A DNA stretch of 64,000 nucleotides from Octopus sinensis (lineage: Eukaryota), in contig NC_043006.1 in assembly GCF_006345805.1 (NCBI RefSeq), positions 24,056,001 to 24,120,000 on the forward strand, written 5' to 3'. The stretch's first letter is position 1. Each line of letters begins with the position of its first letter. Below the pieces are notes generated by a model, which searched no databases, had not been told where the DNA came from, and saw only the letters and a list, made by a program, of their open reading frames with translations. Below, in pieces: positions 36,901-44,955 of this stretch. The position numbers and the translations under genes are program-made.

Positions 36901-39900
36901 GCTTTATGAGTGGGTTTGGTAGACAGAAACTGAAAGAAACCCATCGTGTGTGTATCTTTGTGTCTATGTTTGTCCCTCCAACCCTGCTTGACAACCAATG
37001 TTAGTGTGTTTACGTCCCCATAACTTAGCAATTCAGTAAAGAGACTGATAGAATAAGTACTAGGCTTTAAAAAAAGATGTCCTAGGGTCAGTTTGTTCGA
37101 CTAGAAAAAAACCTTCAAGATGGTGTTCCAGCAAATGACGGAAACAAGTAAGAGTACAAGAATATTGTTTCTTGCACTGTGTACTTCGCTAATTACTTTA
37201 CTGTATTGTCTTGCTATATTCTTCAGAAATGTCCAATAGCCAACAGTTAGGCAACAGAAACAAGTTACCTGCAACTATCATGGCTATTGCAATAAATTAT
37301 AAAGGCAAAAGCAATTTGTTGAATAGATCTTCTTAGTGAACCAAATCTCCAACCTCATTGCAGTTTCACTTTCCTTACATCCCTGATGCTCTTTGGAATG
37401 GCATAATTGTCACAGCTATCTTTCTTTTAAAATCAGAATTTACCAGCCACCCATTTAATATAGGAGCACTCCGTCGGTTACGACGATGAGGGTCACAGCT
37501 GATACGATCAACGGAACAGCTTGCTCATGGAATTAACGTGCAAGTGGCTGAGCATTCCACACAGACACGTGTACTCTTAACGTAGTTCTCGAGGAGATTC
37601 AGCGTGACACAGAGTGTGACAAGGCTGGCCCTTTGAAATACAGGTACAACAGAAACAGAAAGAAAGAGTGAGAGAAAGTTGTGGTGAAAGAGTATAGCAG
37701 GGTTCACCACCATCCCCTGCAGGAGCCTTGTGAAGCTTTAGGTGTTTTCTCTCAATAAACACTCACAATGCCCAGTCTGGGAATTGAAACCGCGATCCTA
37801 CGACCACAAGTCCGCTGCCCTAACCACTGGGCCATTGCGCCTCCACACCCATTTAATAGATACTTATGATTAAAGGTGATGGTATTGATTTAATACATTA
37901 TACTTGTGGGAGATCAGTAAAATATTTAATGTATTGGTTTTAATTCTTTTCTTCAATATAGAAATGTTTAATGTTTCCTAAATACATTTTATTTAATGTT
38001 GTTTCTATTTATTATGATTTTCTCAAATTTCTTAAAGACTCTGTTCATTATCAAAGATCTCATTATCCATATTCCACTTTTATTTAACAGAATACACTCC
38101 AACCAACTCCTTTTTTCCCCGGTATGCTTTCCTTACAGTTGATGCGGCCAATGAGAAACAAATACTTGGTAAGTTTATTTCTTAGTCTCTTTAGCTATTT
38201 TTCTTTCCATCTGTTTGTCCATCCAATAATTTTATTGGTTTCACAGTTCGGTATTATGACAACAGGATGAGCCACTGCTGAATGGGTAAACAAAGTGTCA
38301 GACTGCAAGCTAAATCTCTCTCTCTCTTTCTCTCTCTCTCACACACACACACACAGACAAGTACCCACTTGAAAGCTGGCGTTGTTGTTGTAGTGCACTG
38401 CTGAAGCATTTTTGCAAAACTTTTGTTTTGTTTTACAAGATTCCTCAAAAATCTTTGCCATTTTATAAAGCTAAATAAGAAAAGAAAATGTATCGGTTCA
38501 CAAGAAATAAACATAAATAACCAACATTCTATACAACACATAAACAGTTAATAACTGCTTCAATAACTTAATCTTTTATTGGCAAGATATCAGATAAACG
38601 AAAGCAATCTCATATAGATGAAAGCAGTGCTATATTTTTGAAGCCAGTTTAGTTAAATGAAATTTGCTTCTTTAATGAGAAACCTGTTATTGTTTTTTTC
38701 TTCACAAATATTTAACTCTGAGTCAAACTTTAAACACACATAGATTTCATCTTTAACTTAGGCCAGTAAATCTCATTTGCAATGTACAATCAGATTGCAG
38801 TTCACAAAGTTCTTCCTCTTCTCAAGAAGTTAGAGTGAGCAGAAAATTCAACATATAGATCCTTCATCTGATCTTACACTTCTGTTGTAAGGGAAACAAA
38901 ATAAGGTTTAGTTTGCTTCAACAGTTCTTCAAGTTTTCAAGAAGACTTGAAAACTTCTGATATCCATCTTTGTTCTTAAATTCCAGCCAAAGTTGAAATA
39001 TTTTTCCGAAGATGTAGTCTTTTTTAAATTCAAGAGTTTTGTTACTTGAGACTAATACATTTTCTTTGAAGTCTTACAGTGACTTGTCCACCTTATGCAA
39101 TGGAAACTGTTTGCTAAAAAGACTAACTCCTGCCTTTTTTTTTTTTATCTTCGCTCTACTTGGCAAGCTCTGTTTCATTGTTTTCTTCAAAGTATTCCTG
39201 TAATTTATCTTGAGCTCAAACACTTTTCTTAGAATTCTTTCTCAACTCAGCCACCAGATTTCTGTATTTAAGAAGAAATTTATGTGCTCTTTTTCCAGGT
39301 TTTTACACATTTTAAAACATTTTAGAGTGAACTAATCTTAGTTTAATAAAGTCAACCATTTTTGGAGCAGCATCAAAAACATTTTTCAGAGATTCTGAAA
39401 TCAGCACCTCTCTGTGAAGAAATCAATGTATTGTGACAATGCTTGCATTTTCTTGTTTTACAAGAGAAACAAAACCTCTTAGAGAGCTAAATCATTGAAG
39501 GGCACCATCAATATAGATATCAGTACAGTACCATTCTTCCCTGAGAAACCTCTTGTTTTTACACTGGAGGATAAACATTAAACATTATATCTATTTCTTT
39601 GTTTGTCTCAAGAAATTTGTTGCAACAAGAAAAGTCTTTCTGAACTTGGTGTTCATTGACCAGTTTTATAAAAGCTCCAGTGGCATTTATTAGTAAGATC
39701 TATCACCTCATCGACCTAGATAGGAAAAAATTCTATTTTTCAATTTATCACACAAAACATTTTCAGCGTCATATGAGATGTCATCAATACATTAACTTAT
39801 TGTTTTGCTTCAAGTAGAACATTTTCAATTTCTTATAATGATCTTGTCCTAGCATCTCACCTGCTAAAATTTTTACATGCTGGTATTTTGCTAAGTGTGA

Positions 39901-42900
39901 GATTTTGCCTTTTCTGTGACATCATTTGTGCAAGCAAATTAGCTTGCTTCTAGAGTCTTTTTACTGATGCTGATTTTACTTTTTTAAAAATGCTGTACTC
40001 TGTTCACTGTGAGTTTTCAATAGCCTTTTAAAATTAAAAGCACTTTTATTTTTCAAGATGACTGATTTGTCATTAAGTGTTTTTGCCAGCCTCACCTGGC
40101 CCCCATGCCGGTGGCACGTAAAAAGCACCATCCGTCCATGGCCGTTTGCCAGCCCCGTCTGGCACCTGTGCAGGTGGCACGTAAAAAGCACCCACTACAC
40201 TCACAGAGTGGTTGGCGTTAGGAAGGGCATCCAGCTGTAGAAACACTGCCAGATCAGACTGGGCCTGATGCAGCCTACTGGCTTCCCAGACCCCAGTTGA
40301 ACCGTCCAACCCATGCTAGCATGGAAAGCGGACGCTAAATGATGATGATGATTGCTGCATTTGAAAGTTGTTTAGTAGTAACTGCATAAAACCTCACTCA
40401 TAGAGATAAAGAGATTAGGCAGACATATAGCATCTGTATTGTGCACCACCCTTAGAAGATAGGCAGATACCATACTAGCTGCCTTATGCTCCACTCAAGA
40501 GGATGAAGAAGTAGCAGACTAACTCCTACTCCAAGGAGTGTAGAAATTAGATAGATATTATAGAAGCTAAATTCTGTTTCATGCTCAGGGGTTAAAAGGT
40601 TAGATTGAAACCACAACAATGGCCTATGATCTGACAACTGAAAATGATGCATCTACTTGAATTAGCATCTATAATAGCTTCCATAGAAATGTATATCTAT
40701 CTCTATATTTTAAAAATTCTCATTTTATTGTAATTTACTTTTTATCCTTAGATAAGCTGCATGAGTTCAACAAGAAAATTGGGCATCTTCAAATTCCAGA
40801 ATCTTCTATCAATGAACTTTCACCTCTGATCTTAGGAAAATCTTCTACACCAGAACTATTGACAACTTTAAATTCACTCTTGAAATGGCCTAAAGGTACA
40901 TTAACTTTTTTGTTTTAATATTCAATAAGTATAAGCATGGCAATGTGGTTAAGAAGTTCGTTTTCCAATCACATGATTTCAGATTCAGTCCCACTGTATC
41001 TTCTATAGTCTTAGGTCAAGCAAAGCCTAGGGCTATAGTAGAAGCGGATTTGGTAAACTAACTAAAAGAAGCTTACTGTGTATGTGTATAAACATACTAT
41101 ATAAATCAGAGTGCAAGCTTATTTTGGGTTGTTGCCTAAGGAGAAAACCTTGTGGCAAACAGCTACACACACAATCTGTTTGGTTGGCCTGGTGGCAATT
41201 AAGAGATGGGTGAGAGATGTTACAGGAAGAAAAGGAGCAAGCTAGAAAAAGGCATTTGATAGGGTACCAAGGAAGGTGATTGAGTGGCCATTGAGGAAGA
41301 GAAGTGAACTAGAGGTGATAGTGAGGGCAGTGATGAGTTTGTATGAGGAGGTAAAGACAAGAGTTAGTATTGGATTAGTGCTGTCGGAGGAGTTTGCAGT
41401 GAAAGTTGGTGTGCATCAAGGATCTGTGTTGTCACCGTTGTTGTTTGCAATAGTGGTTGATGTGGTAACGAAGAGTGCAAGAGAGGGATTGATAATAGGG
41501 ATAGTGTATGCGGATGACCTTGTTCTGATGAGTGAGATGATGGAGGGATTGAGGGAGAAGTTTTGGAAATGGAAGGTGTTTGAAAGCAAGGGTTTGAAAG
41601 ACAAAGGTGATATTGAGCAGTGTGGAAGGAGAAGTGTTAGTGAGTAAGGTGGATCCATGTGGTGTATGTGGGAGGAGTGTAATTGCAAATGCAGTGTTGT
41701 GTACAAGATGTGAGAAATGGATTCATGGTAGATGTATGAAAATGAAGAAGGTAACCCCAAGACTGGCGAGAGAGTTTGTTTGGGAGGGCTGGCAGAACCA
41801 GTGGAAATGTTGAGAGGAAGCTTTATGCTAGGTTCTGAGAAGCTTAAACATGATAAAAAGAATGGGAACAGTTTCTGATTGTTACCTCATTATAGAGACA
41901 TATGCATACAAACACAAGCATCCTATCATTTCATTATAATGTTAATGTGACATCTGTAAAGTGCACAGTTACTATATAAAATGTCTGGCAATAAACGATG
42001 TAGTATGAAAACATTTAGTAAGTACCATGCATACTGGATTATTTGTTGTACCAAGCTTGGGACTGCAATTGATTTTGGATTCTAGATTTTCAAATTTTCT
42101 GGTTCATTCAACTTTTACTTCATAATTGTCACCTAAAATAGGATTTTTATATAGTTCTATATTTAAGAGATGAGGATTTATGTACATTATTTACATTCAA
42201 CGGATATTTGTCCTCATCTTGTTTGTTGCTAACACGTTTCGGCTGATATACCCTCCAGCCTTCTTCAGGTGTCTTAGGGAAATTTCAAACGTGGGTTCTC
42301 ATTCCTAAGGTAAATTTCAATGTTGTTGTTGTTGTTGTTCAGGTCACTGCTTGGAATCAAACTCGGAATCTTGGGGTTAGTAGCATGCACTCTTAACCAC
42401 TACGCCATATGTCCATGGGCATATGGCGTAGTGGTTAAAAAGCCTGGGGGTATATCAGCCAAAATGTTGTATTAACAACAAACAAGATGAAGACAAATAT
42501 CCGTTGAATGTAAATAATGTATGATTTTTATATGTTTACCATCTACCTCATGGAAATGTAAACCCTTTAAGAAGGGGACAATTCTGTAAAAAATAGTGAA
42601 GGAAATAAAGAACAAACTTGTATTTATGACTTCCTTTGGCAACTAATGTCTTCCCAAACAAGTTCACTTGTCCTTTCTTCCTTCCTTTCAAAGTCAATAA
42701 AATAAATACCAGACTAAATACTGTGAGTGATAAAAACAACTAAAAATTATTGAGCATGATGCTCTAGCATGACCACAGTCTTGCAGTAACAGAATAAACA
42801 AAAAGTGTAGTAGGTCTGTAAAACAACTGCATTTATTTTTCTTGGTAACTATTTTCAATTTGTTGTTTATGATGGTTCTGTGAGCAAGTTTTGTCCTTTG

Positions 42901-43825
42901 TTTTTACAAGGGGGTACCCTTCTTTCTTCTAACCTTGAAGCAGACCAAAGGATATTAAACACAGTGGCAAATATTAAAGTTTGAACTAACGATCAATTGA
43001 ATTAGTAGTCAGGAACATTACTTCAAGTATTTGTAAAAATCTAAGCACAAATTTACTTGGAGAGGTGACTAAAAGAATTACTTGAGGCAGGTAATTATTG
43101 ATATGGTTTTTTATTGTCAAATAATTCTGCTCAAGTCTGATTGAATGTAGCTGTGTTAAACAGTCATTAAATGATATAATATAGTGATTAGTGATCATTA
43201 GAAGTAATGGCATTAATTAAATGTAATTATTTTCCTTTTTTCAGATTATATTTTCCCGGCACTGGATGTTTTACGAATTGCAATTAAATCAGAAGCAGTG
43301 AATCAATATTTTTGCACTCCAGGAAATGGCAAGGAGATTGTTGAGTTTCTGAAAAATATGACTGACTCTGAGCAGCCAAATGCCAACAAAACTGTAGCTT
43401 TACGAATACTGGCTAACGTCTTTGTACAAAAACCTGGAGAAACAGCCTGTCTCAGTGAAAGGGATTCAATTTGGGTGTTACTTAGCAATTGCATACCTGG
43501 TGCAACTAAAGGTATCCAGATTGCTTTGACAACAGTGCTTTTGAATTACTCAATCATCTACCTCAGTAAAAACGACCATGATGGTAAATCTCAATGCCTG
43601 ACAATCACTAAAAAGCTCTTTGAGGAAGAAAAGCTAGATCAAGAAGCTATATTCCGTCTTTTAGTAATGCTTGGAAACCTATTACATAATGATGAAGTAG
43701 CAGTTGGTATTGCAGCATCTTTAGGATTTGAGAAACACATTCAGCCATTGCTGGATACTAAAATGAATGTTGAAAAAGTCAGCAGTTGTGCTAAATATTT
43801 GCTGGAAAGGTTGAAAGTCATGTAA
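9832..43825 (+). CDS. PLAA: PLAA gene model: join(9832..9971,14118..14305,17278..17379,19008..19127,20688..20991,24060..24220,25324..25478,29551..29773,31935..31982,38091..38168,40752..40895,43245..43825), 747 aa WD40-PFU-PUL ubiquitin/p97 adaptor
   Basis: Manual splicing gives 11 GT-AG introns with compatible phases and 2244 nt including the stop. The peptide is colinear with PLAA/Doa1 as I recall it: seven WD40 repeats, PFU ([11 protein letters not shown]...KLPYN...[12 protein letters not shown]) and PUL (FPALDVLRI...[10 protein letters not shown]). Confidence 0.96.
10445..10740. mobile_element. Hammerhead plus tRNA-like-head repeat (inverted two-part copy), PLAA intron 1
   Basis: The - strand carries the hammerhead module (10522-10567); the + strand carries TGGCGTAGTGG head and (ATA)n at 10632-10740. 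Same family as 42165-42521. Confidence 0.75.
10522..10567 (-). ncRNA. Type I hammerhead motif, degenerate copy
   Basis: GACAC-CCGAAGA-A-GGGUG-[10 nt]-CAGCC-GAAAC-GUU-GUGUU; U4C substitution and one stem II mismatch. Confidence 0.6.
12097..12262 (+). mobile_element. tRNA-derived SINE, family 2, partial
   Basis: gaactggcagaactgttagcac...ttcaaattct...ttgcctctcatcc; matches 30873-31085. Confidence 0.7.
13165..13370 (+). mobile_element. RTE-type 3' tail copy
   Basis: ggtgccatgtaaaaggcac...ggcatccagctgtagaag...catgccagcatggaaaatgaacattaaatgat. Confidence 0.65.
14118..14305 (+). CDS. PLAA: PLAA exon 2 (WD40)
   Basis: Acceptor ttctacttccag; [25 protein letters not shown]...[12 protein letters not shown]...LTGHEGT; donor G|GTAAAT. 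Confidence 0.95.
15927..16080 (+). mobile_element. SINE family 1 head fragment
   Basis: tgactgtgtgcttaagaaacttgcttccc...ggttcagtcccactgtgtagcac. Confidence 0.65.
16318..16830 (-). repeat. Dispersed repeat of about 500 bp, class uncertain
   Basis: More GC-balanced block bounded by (ATA)n tracts on both sides; no ORF. Class not assigned from sequence alone. Confidence 0.4.
17278..17379 (+). CDS. PLAA: PLAA exon 3 (WD40)
   Basis: Acceptor ttttcag; [35 protein letters not shown]; donor G|GTATGC. Not in the ORF track. Confidence 0.95.
19008..19127 (+). CDS. PLAA: PLAA exon 4 (WD40)
   Basis: Acceptor tttccag; [40 protein letters not shown]; donor G|GTAATT. Confidence 0.95.
19280..19830 (+). mobile_element. 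Degenerate non-LTR (CR1/Jockey-like) reverse transcriptase fragment
   Basis: ARSAGDLL...[10 protein letters not shown] and a downstream [10 protein letters not shown] (eroded PQGSVLSP) motif; many lesions. Confidence 0.6.
20688..20991 (+). CDS. PLAA: PLAA exon 5 (WD40 repeats)
   Basis: Acceptor ccttgcag; [29 protein letters not shown]...[11 protein letters not shown]; donor AG|GTCAGT, phase 2. Confidence 0.96.
22222..22420 (-). mobile_element. RTE-type 3' tail copy
   Basis: Reverse complement of the shared tail (catcatcatttaacattcg...tccttcctaacaccaaccactcc). Confidence 0.65.
24060..24220 (+). CDS. PLAA: PLAA exon 6 (end of WD40, linker)
   Basis: Acceptor attatatag; [22 protein letters not shown]...[12 protein letters not shown]; donor G|GTAAAT. 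Confidence 0.94.
25324..25478 (+). CDS. PLAA: PLAA exon 7 (start of PFU region)
   Basis: Acceptor cctctttgcag; [37 protein letters not shown]...GKTLYKGK; donor AAG|GTTAGG, phase 0. Confidence 0.95.
25560..25870 (+). mobile_element. RTE LINE C-terminal fragment
   Basis: Eroded LERNEAS...[24 protein letters not shown]. Confidence 0.7.
26160..27290 (+). mobile_element. RTE-clade LINE, 5'-truncated, degenerate RT and C-terminus
   Basis: [24 protein letters not shown]...LLYADNLAL and [33 protein letters not shown]; stops and frameshifts. Confidence 0.88.
27733..28816 (+). mobile_element. piggyBac deletion derivative (1084 bp) with N-terminal transposase fragment
   Basis: TTAA|CCCTTTCATTAC ... 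GTAACGAAAGGG|TTAA. The frameshifted ORFs at 28004 and 28192 give an acidic N-terminus then ALDYFFLLF...[10 protein letters not shown]...[21 protein letters not shown] (DDE_Tnp_1_7-like); the catalytic region is absent. Confidence 0.9.
28931..29146. repeat. Local rearranged duplicate of the RTE fragment (direct 26821-26931 joined to inverted 26954-27066)
   Basis: Near-identical sequence including private mutations; the junction has TAT microhomology at 29038-29040. Confidence 0.85.
29551..29773 (+). CDS. PLAA: PLAA exon 8 (PFU domain)
   Basis: Acceptor ctattttcag; [56 protein letters not shown]...YSDPLT; donor G|GTGAAT. Confidence 0.96.
30690..30848 (-). mobile_element. SINE family 1 head fragment
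   Basis: Reverse complement of the gcatgactgtgtggttagggagc...ggttcagtcccactgcgtggcac head. Confidence 0.75.
30873..31085 (+). mobile_element. tRNA-derived SINE, family 2
   Basis: ggcgagctggcagaaacgttagcacg...gggttcaaattccgcc (A/B-box-like head); CpGs retained, so probably a young copy. Confidence 0.8.
31935..31982 (+). CDS. PLAA: PLAA exon 9 (48-nt linker exon)
   Basis: Long T tract plus aacag acceptor; [16 protein letters not shown] completes the DP(L/F)TG-xxRY(V/I)P motif; donor C|GTAAGT. Not in the ORF track. Confidence 0.9.
32345..32530 (+). mobile_element. RTE-type 3' tail copy
   Basis: gtggcaatgccatgaaaaaagcac...ggaaaggtatccagcc...acattaaataataatgatgat. Confidence 0.6.
33180..33707 (-). 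mobile_element. Tandem cluster of family 2 SINE copies (one partial, two near full)
   Basis: The repeated block ctactctaggcacaagg...gatgaaaggcaaagt...ttctgccagctcgcc ends at 33486 and 33707. Confidence 0.8.
34215..34355 (+). mobile_element. RTE LINE RT fragment
   Basis: [35 protein letters not shown]. Confidence 0.75.
34350..36075 (+). mobile_element. Ty3/Gypsy integrase-to-3'-LTR remnant in PLAA intron 9
   Basis: LHNLSHPG; [13 protein letters not shown]...[15 protein letters not shown]...[10 protein letters not shown]...[17 protein letters not shown] (D,D35E); terminal [13 protein letters not shown]. Purine-rich tract before TGTAAC at 35803; the LTR end is approximate. Confidence 0.88.
36809..37165 (+). 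mobile_element. SINE family 1, near full length
   Basis: Head, body and tail colinear with 51875-52277. Confidence 0.8.
37461..37845 (-). mobile_element. tRNA-derived SINE family 3, full length with 13-bp TSD
   Basis: Head GGAGGCGCAATGGCCCAGTGGTTAGGGCAGCGGAC...GGTTTCAATTCCC; TSD CACCCATTTAATA at 37448-37460 and 37846-37858. Confidence 0.9.
38091..38168 (+). CDS. PLAA: PLAA exon 10 (start of PUL)
   Basis: Acceptor tttatttaacag; [26 protein letters not shown] resembles YFP...TFDQAN.TQIL; donor G|GTAAGT. Not in the ORF track. Confidence 0.88.
38600..40070 (-). pseudogene. hAT (Buster/Charlie, ZBED5-like) transposase remnant in PLAA intron 10
   Basis: The - strand gives [14 protein letters not shown] (near 39890-39842), [27 protein letters not shown] (39479-39396; HCFLHRE motif) and TEIWWLS (near 39265). 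Not represented in the ORF track. Confidence 0.75.
40085..40350 (+). mobile_element. RTE-type tail element nested in the hAT remnant
   Basis: Nearly identical to 8020-8270; ends in (TGA)n. Confidence 0.8.
40752..40895 (+). CDS. PLAA: PLAA exon 11 (PUL)
   Basis: Acceptor tttatccttag; [48 protein letters not shown]; donor G|GTACAT. Not in the ORF track. Confidence 0.9.
40935..41075 (+). mobile_element. SINE family 1 head fragment
   Basis: gcatggcaatgtggttaagaagttc...agattcagtcccactg. Confidence 0.6.
41150..41830 (+). mobile_element. RTE-like LINE RT fragment, intron 11
   Basis: [15 protein letters not shown]...[22 protein letters not shown]...VYADDLVLM; followed by the CGVC...CTRCEKWIH zinc-finger-like segment. 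Confidence 0.85.
42165..42521. mobile_element. Hammerhead plus tRNA-like-head repeat with inverted partial second copy, PLAA intron 11
   Basis: The - strand reads head (42420-42345), (AAC)n, body, hammerhead and tail; a head-to-head palindrome lies at 42393-42438 and a + strand deleted copy extends to 42521. Confidence 0.8.
42231..42273 (-). ncRNA. Type I hammerhead motif, intact core, cleavage triplet deleted
   Basis: GACAC-CUGAAGA-A-GGCUG-[10 nt]-CAGCC-GAAAC-(GUU missing)-GUGUU. Confidence 0.65.
43245..43825 (+). CDS. PLAA: PLAA exon 12 (PUL C-terminus and stop)
   Basis: Acceptor ttcctttttcag; [24 protein letters not shown]...[11 protein letters not shown] followed by TAA at 43823-43825. 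Confidence 0.96.
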
Positions 43826-43916
43826 AACAGATTATTTCAATTTATCAGTGACTGTCTTACAGAGTTTTACTCTACTTCCTTGTTTTAACATCAGACTGCT
43901 TAAGTACACTTTATCA

Positions 43917-44150
43917 AATAAAGCTATTTAGTAAATTAATGGTATCAAAAGGCAAAAAGAAAATAACATCAGCAATTAAATAAAAATTATTTCTTAAAAT
44001 ATCAAATCTATATATAATTTATTCTATAATCAAGAAAAGAATTTTTTTTTTTTCCTCTCTGATTGGTGATGTGAAATTTAACAGTGTACATTTTCTGGAA
44101 TGTTAGTAAACCAAGAAATAAATACATAAATTTGGGGGTTTTACTTGTTT
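43917..44150 (+). terminator. Candidate PLAA polyadenylation region
   Basis: AATAAA at 43917, 43979 and 44117; the last is followed by a G/U-rich tract (tttgggggttttacttgttt). Which signal is used is unknown. Confidence 0.5.
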
Positions 44151-44819
44151 GGCAAATAATTTGTTCTGGGACTGTGTGTAGAATCTGAAATAATTACTTC
44201 TTGGTAGTCATTGATAGCCATTTAAAACATGTACGTGTATAGGCAATGGCAGGCTATATGTGGTTTCAAGTTCAGTCTCACTGCTTAGGACATTGGGCAA
44301 GTGTTTTCTACGATACATCTGGACTGACCAATACCTTTTGAATGTAATTTGTTGACAAATTATTTGCAAGTCTGTTCTGTAGGGTGGGGTGCATGCTCAT
44401 ATATGCAAATGTTTATATTCCTTGCTGACATTACAACTGGTTGCGTTACATTTTCAAAGACTGGTGCAATAAAAAAATTTCTTTGCTTAAAAAACTGGTT
44501 AGAGTTGCTGATAGCAAGGTCATTTGGCCATAAAGTACTGCCTTCCATTTTATGCTCTTGTAGAAAATTGGGTATTATATGAAAGAATGGGGGAAGATTA
44601 TTAGCTTTAATTAAATTTTACTGAGACTGAAACATACAGATATGTCTTTGTAGACAACATAGAGAAGGTTTATATCCGAAGAGTCAGATTTTGCATTGTC
44701 AACTTGTATGAAGCAATCCATTTAACATTGATTGTCCTTAATAAAGACAATCAATTGTTCAATAAGTTGGAACTCATTGAACACAGCATCTCACTTTGAA
44801 ATCAAAATCAACAATTTCA

Positions 44820-44955
44820 TACTTTATTCTTTTACTTGTTTCAGTCATTTGACTGCGACCATGCTGGAGCATCACCTTTAGTCAAACAAATTGACCCCAG
44901 GACTTATTCTTTGTAAGCTTACTTATTCTATCAGTCTCTTTTACCAAACCACTAA
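44820..44955 (-). mobile_element. SINE family 1 tail fragment
   Basis: ttattcttttacttgtttcagtcatttgactgcgaccatgctggagc. Confidence 0.7.

Noticed and set aside
37219-37340. Acceptor-like ttcttcag followed by an open phase-1 frame as an extra PLAA linker exon
   Set aside because: The frame runs to a TAG without a convincing donor and has no similarity to PLAA linker repeats.
37760-37845. tRNA gene calls for tRNA-like heads (also 42345-42420, 52200-52277, 30873-30960)
   Set aside because: They have A/B boxes, but no complete cloverleaf is evident and each is fused to a SINE or repeat body; one has a TSD.
43298-43825. ORF-track start of the 175-aa ORF as an independent gene
   Set aside because: The start is an internal GTG; the frame is open from the acceptor at 43245 and is PLAA exon 12. 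Likewise ORFs 14080, 18956, 20648, 24025, 25194 and 29572 are PLAA exons with intronic run-on.
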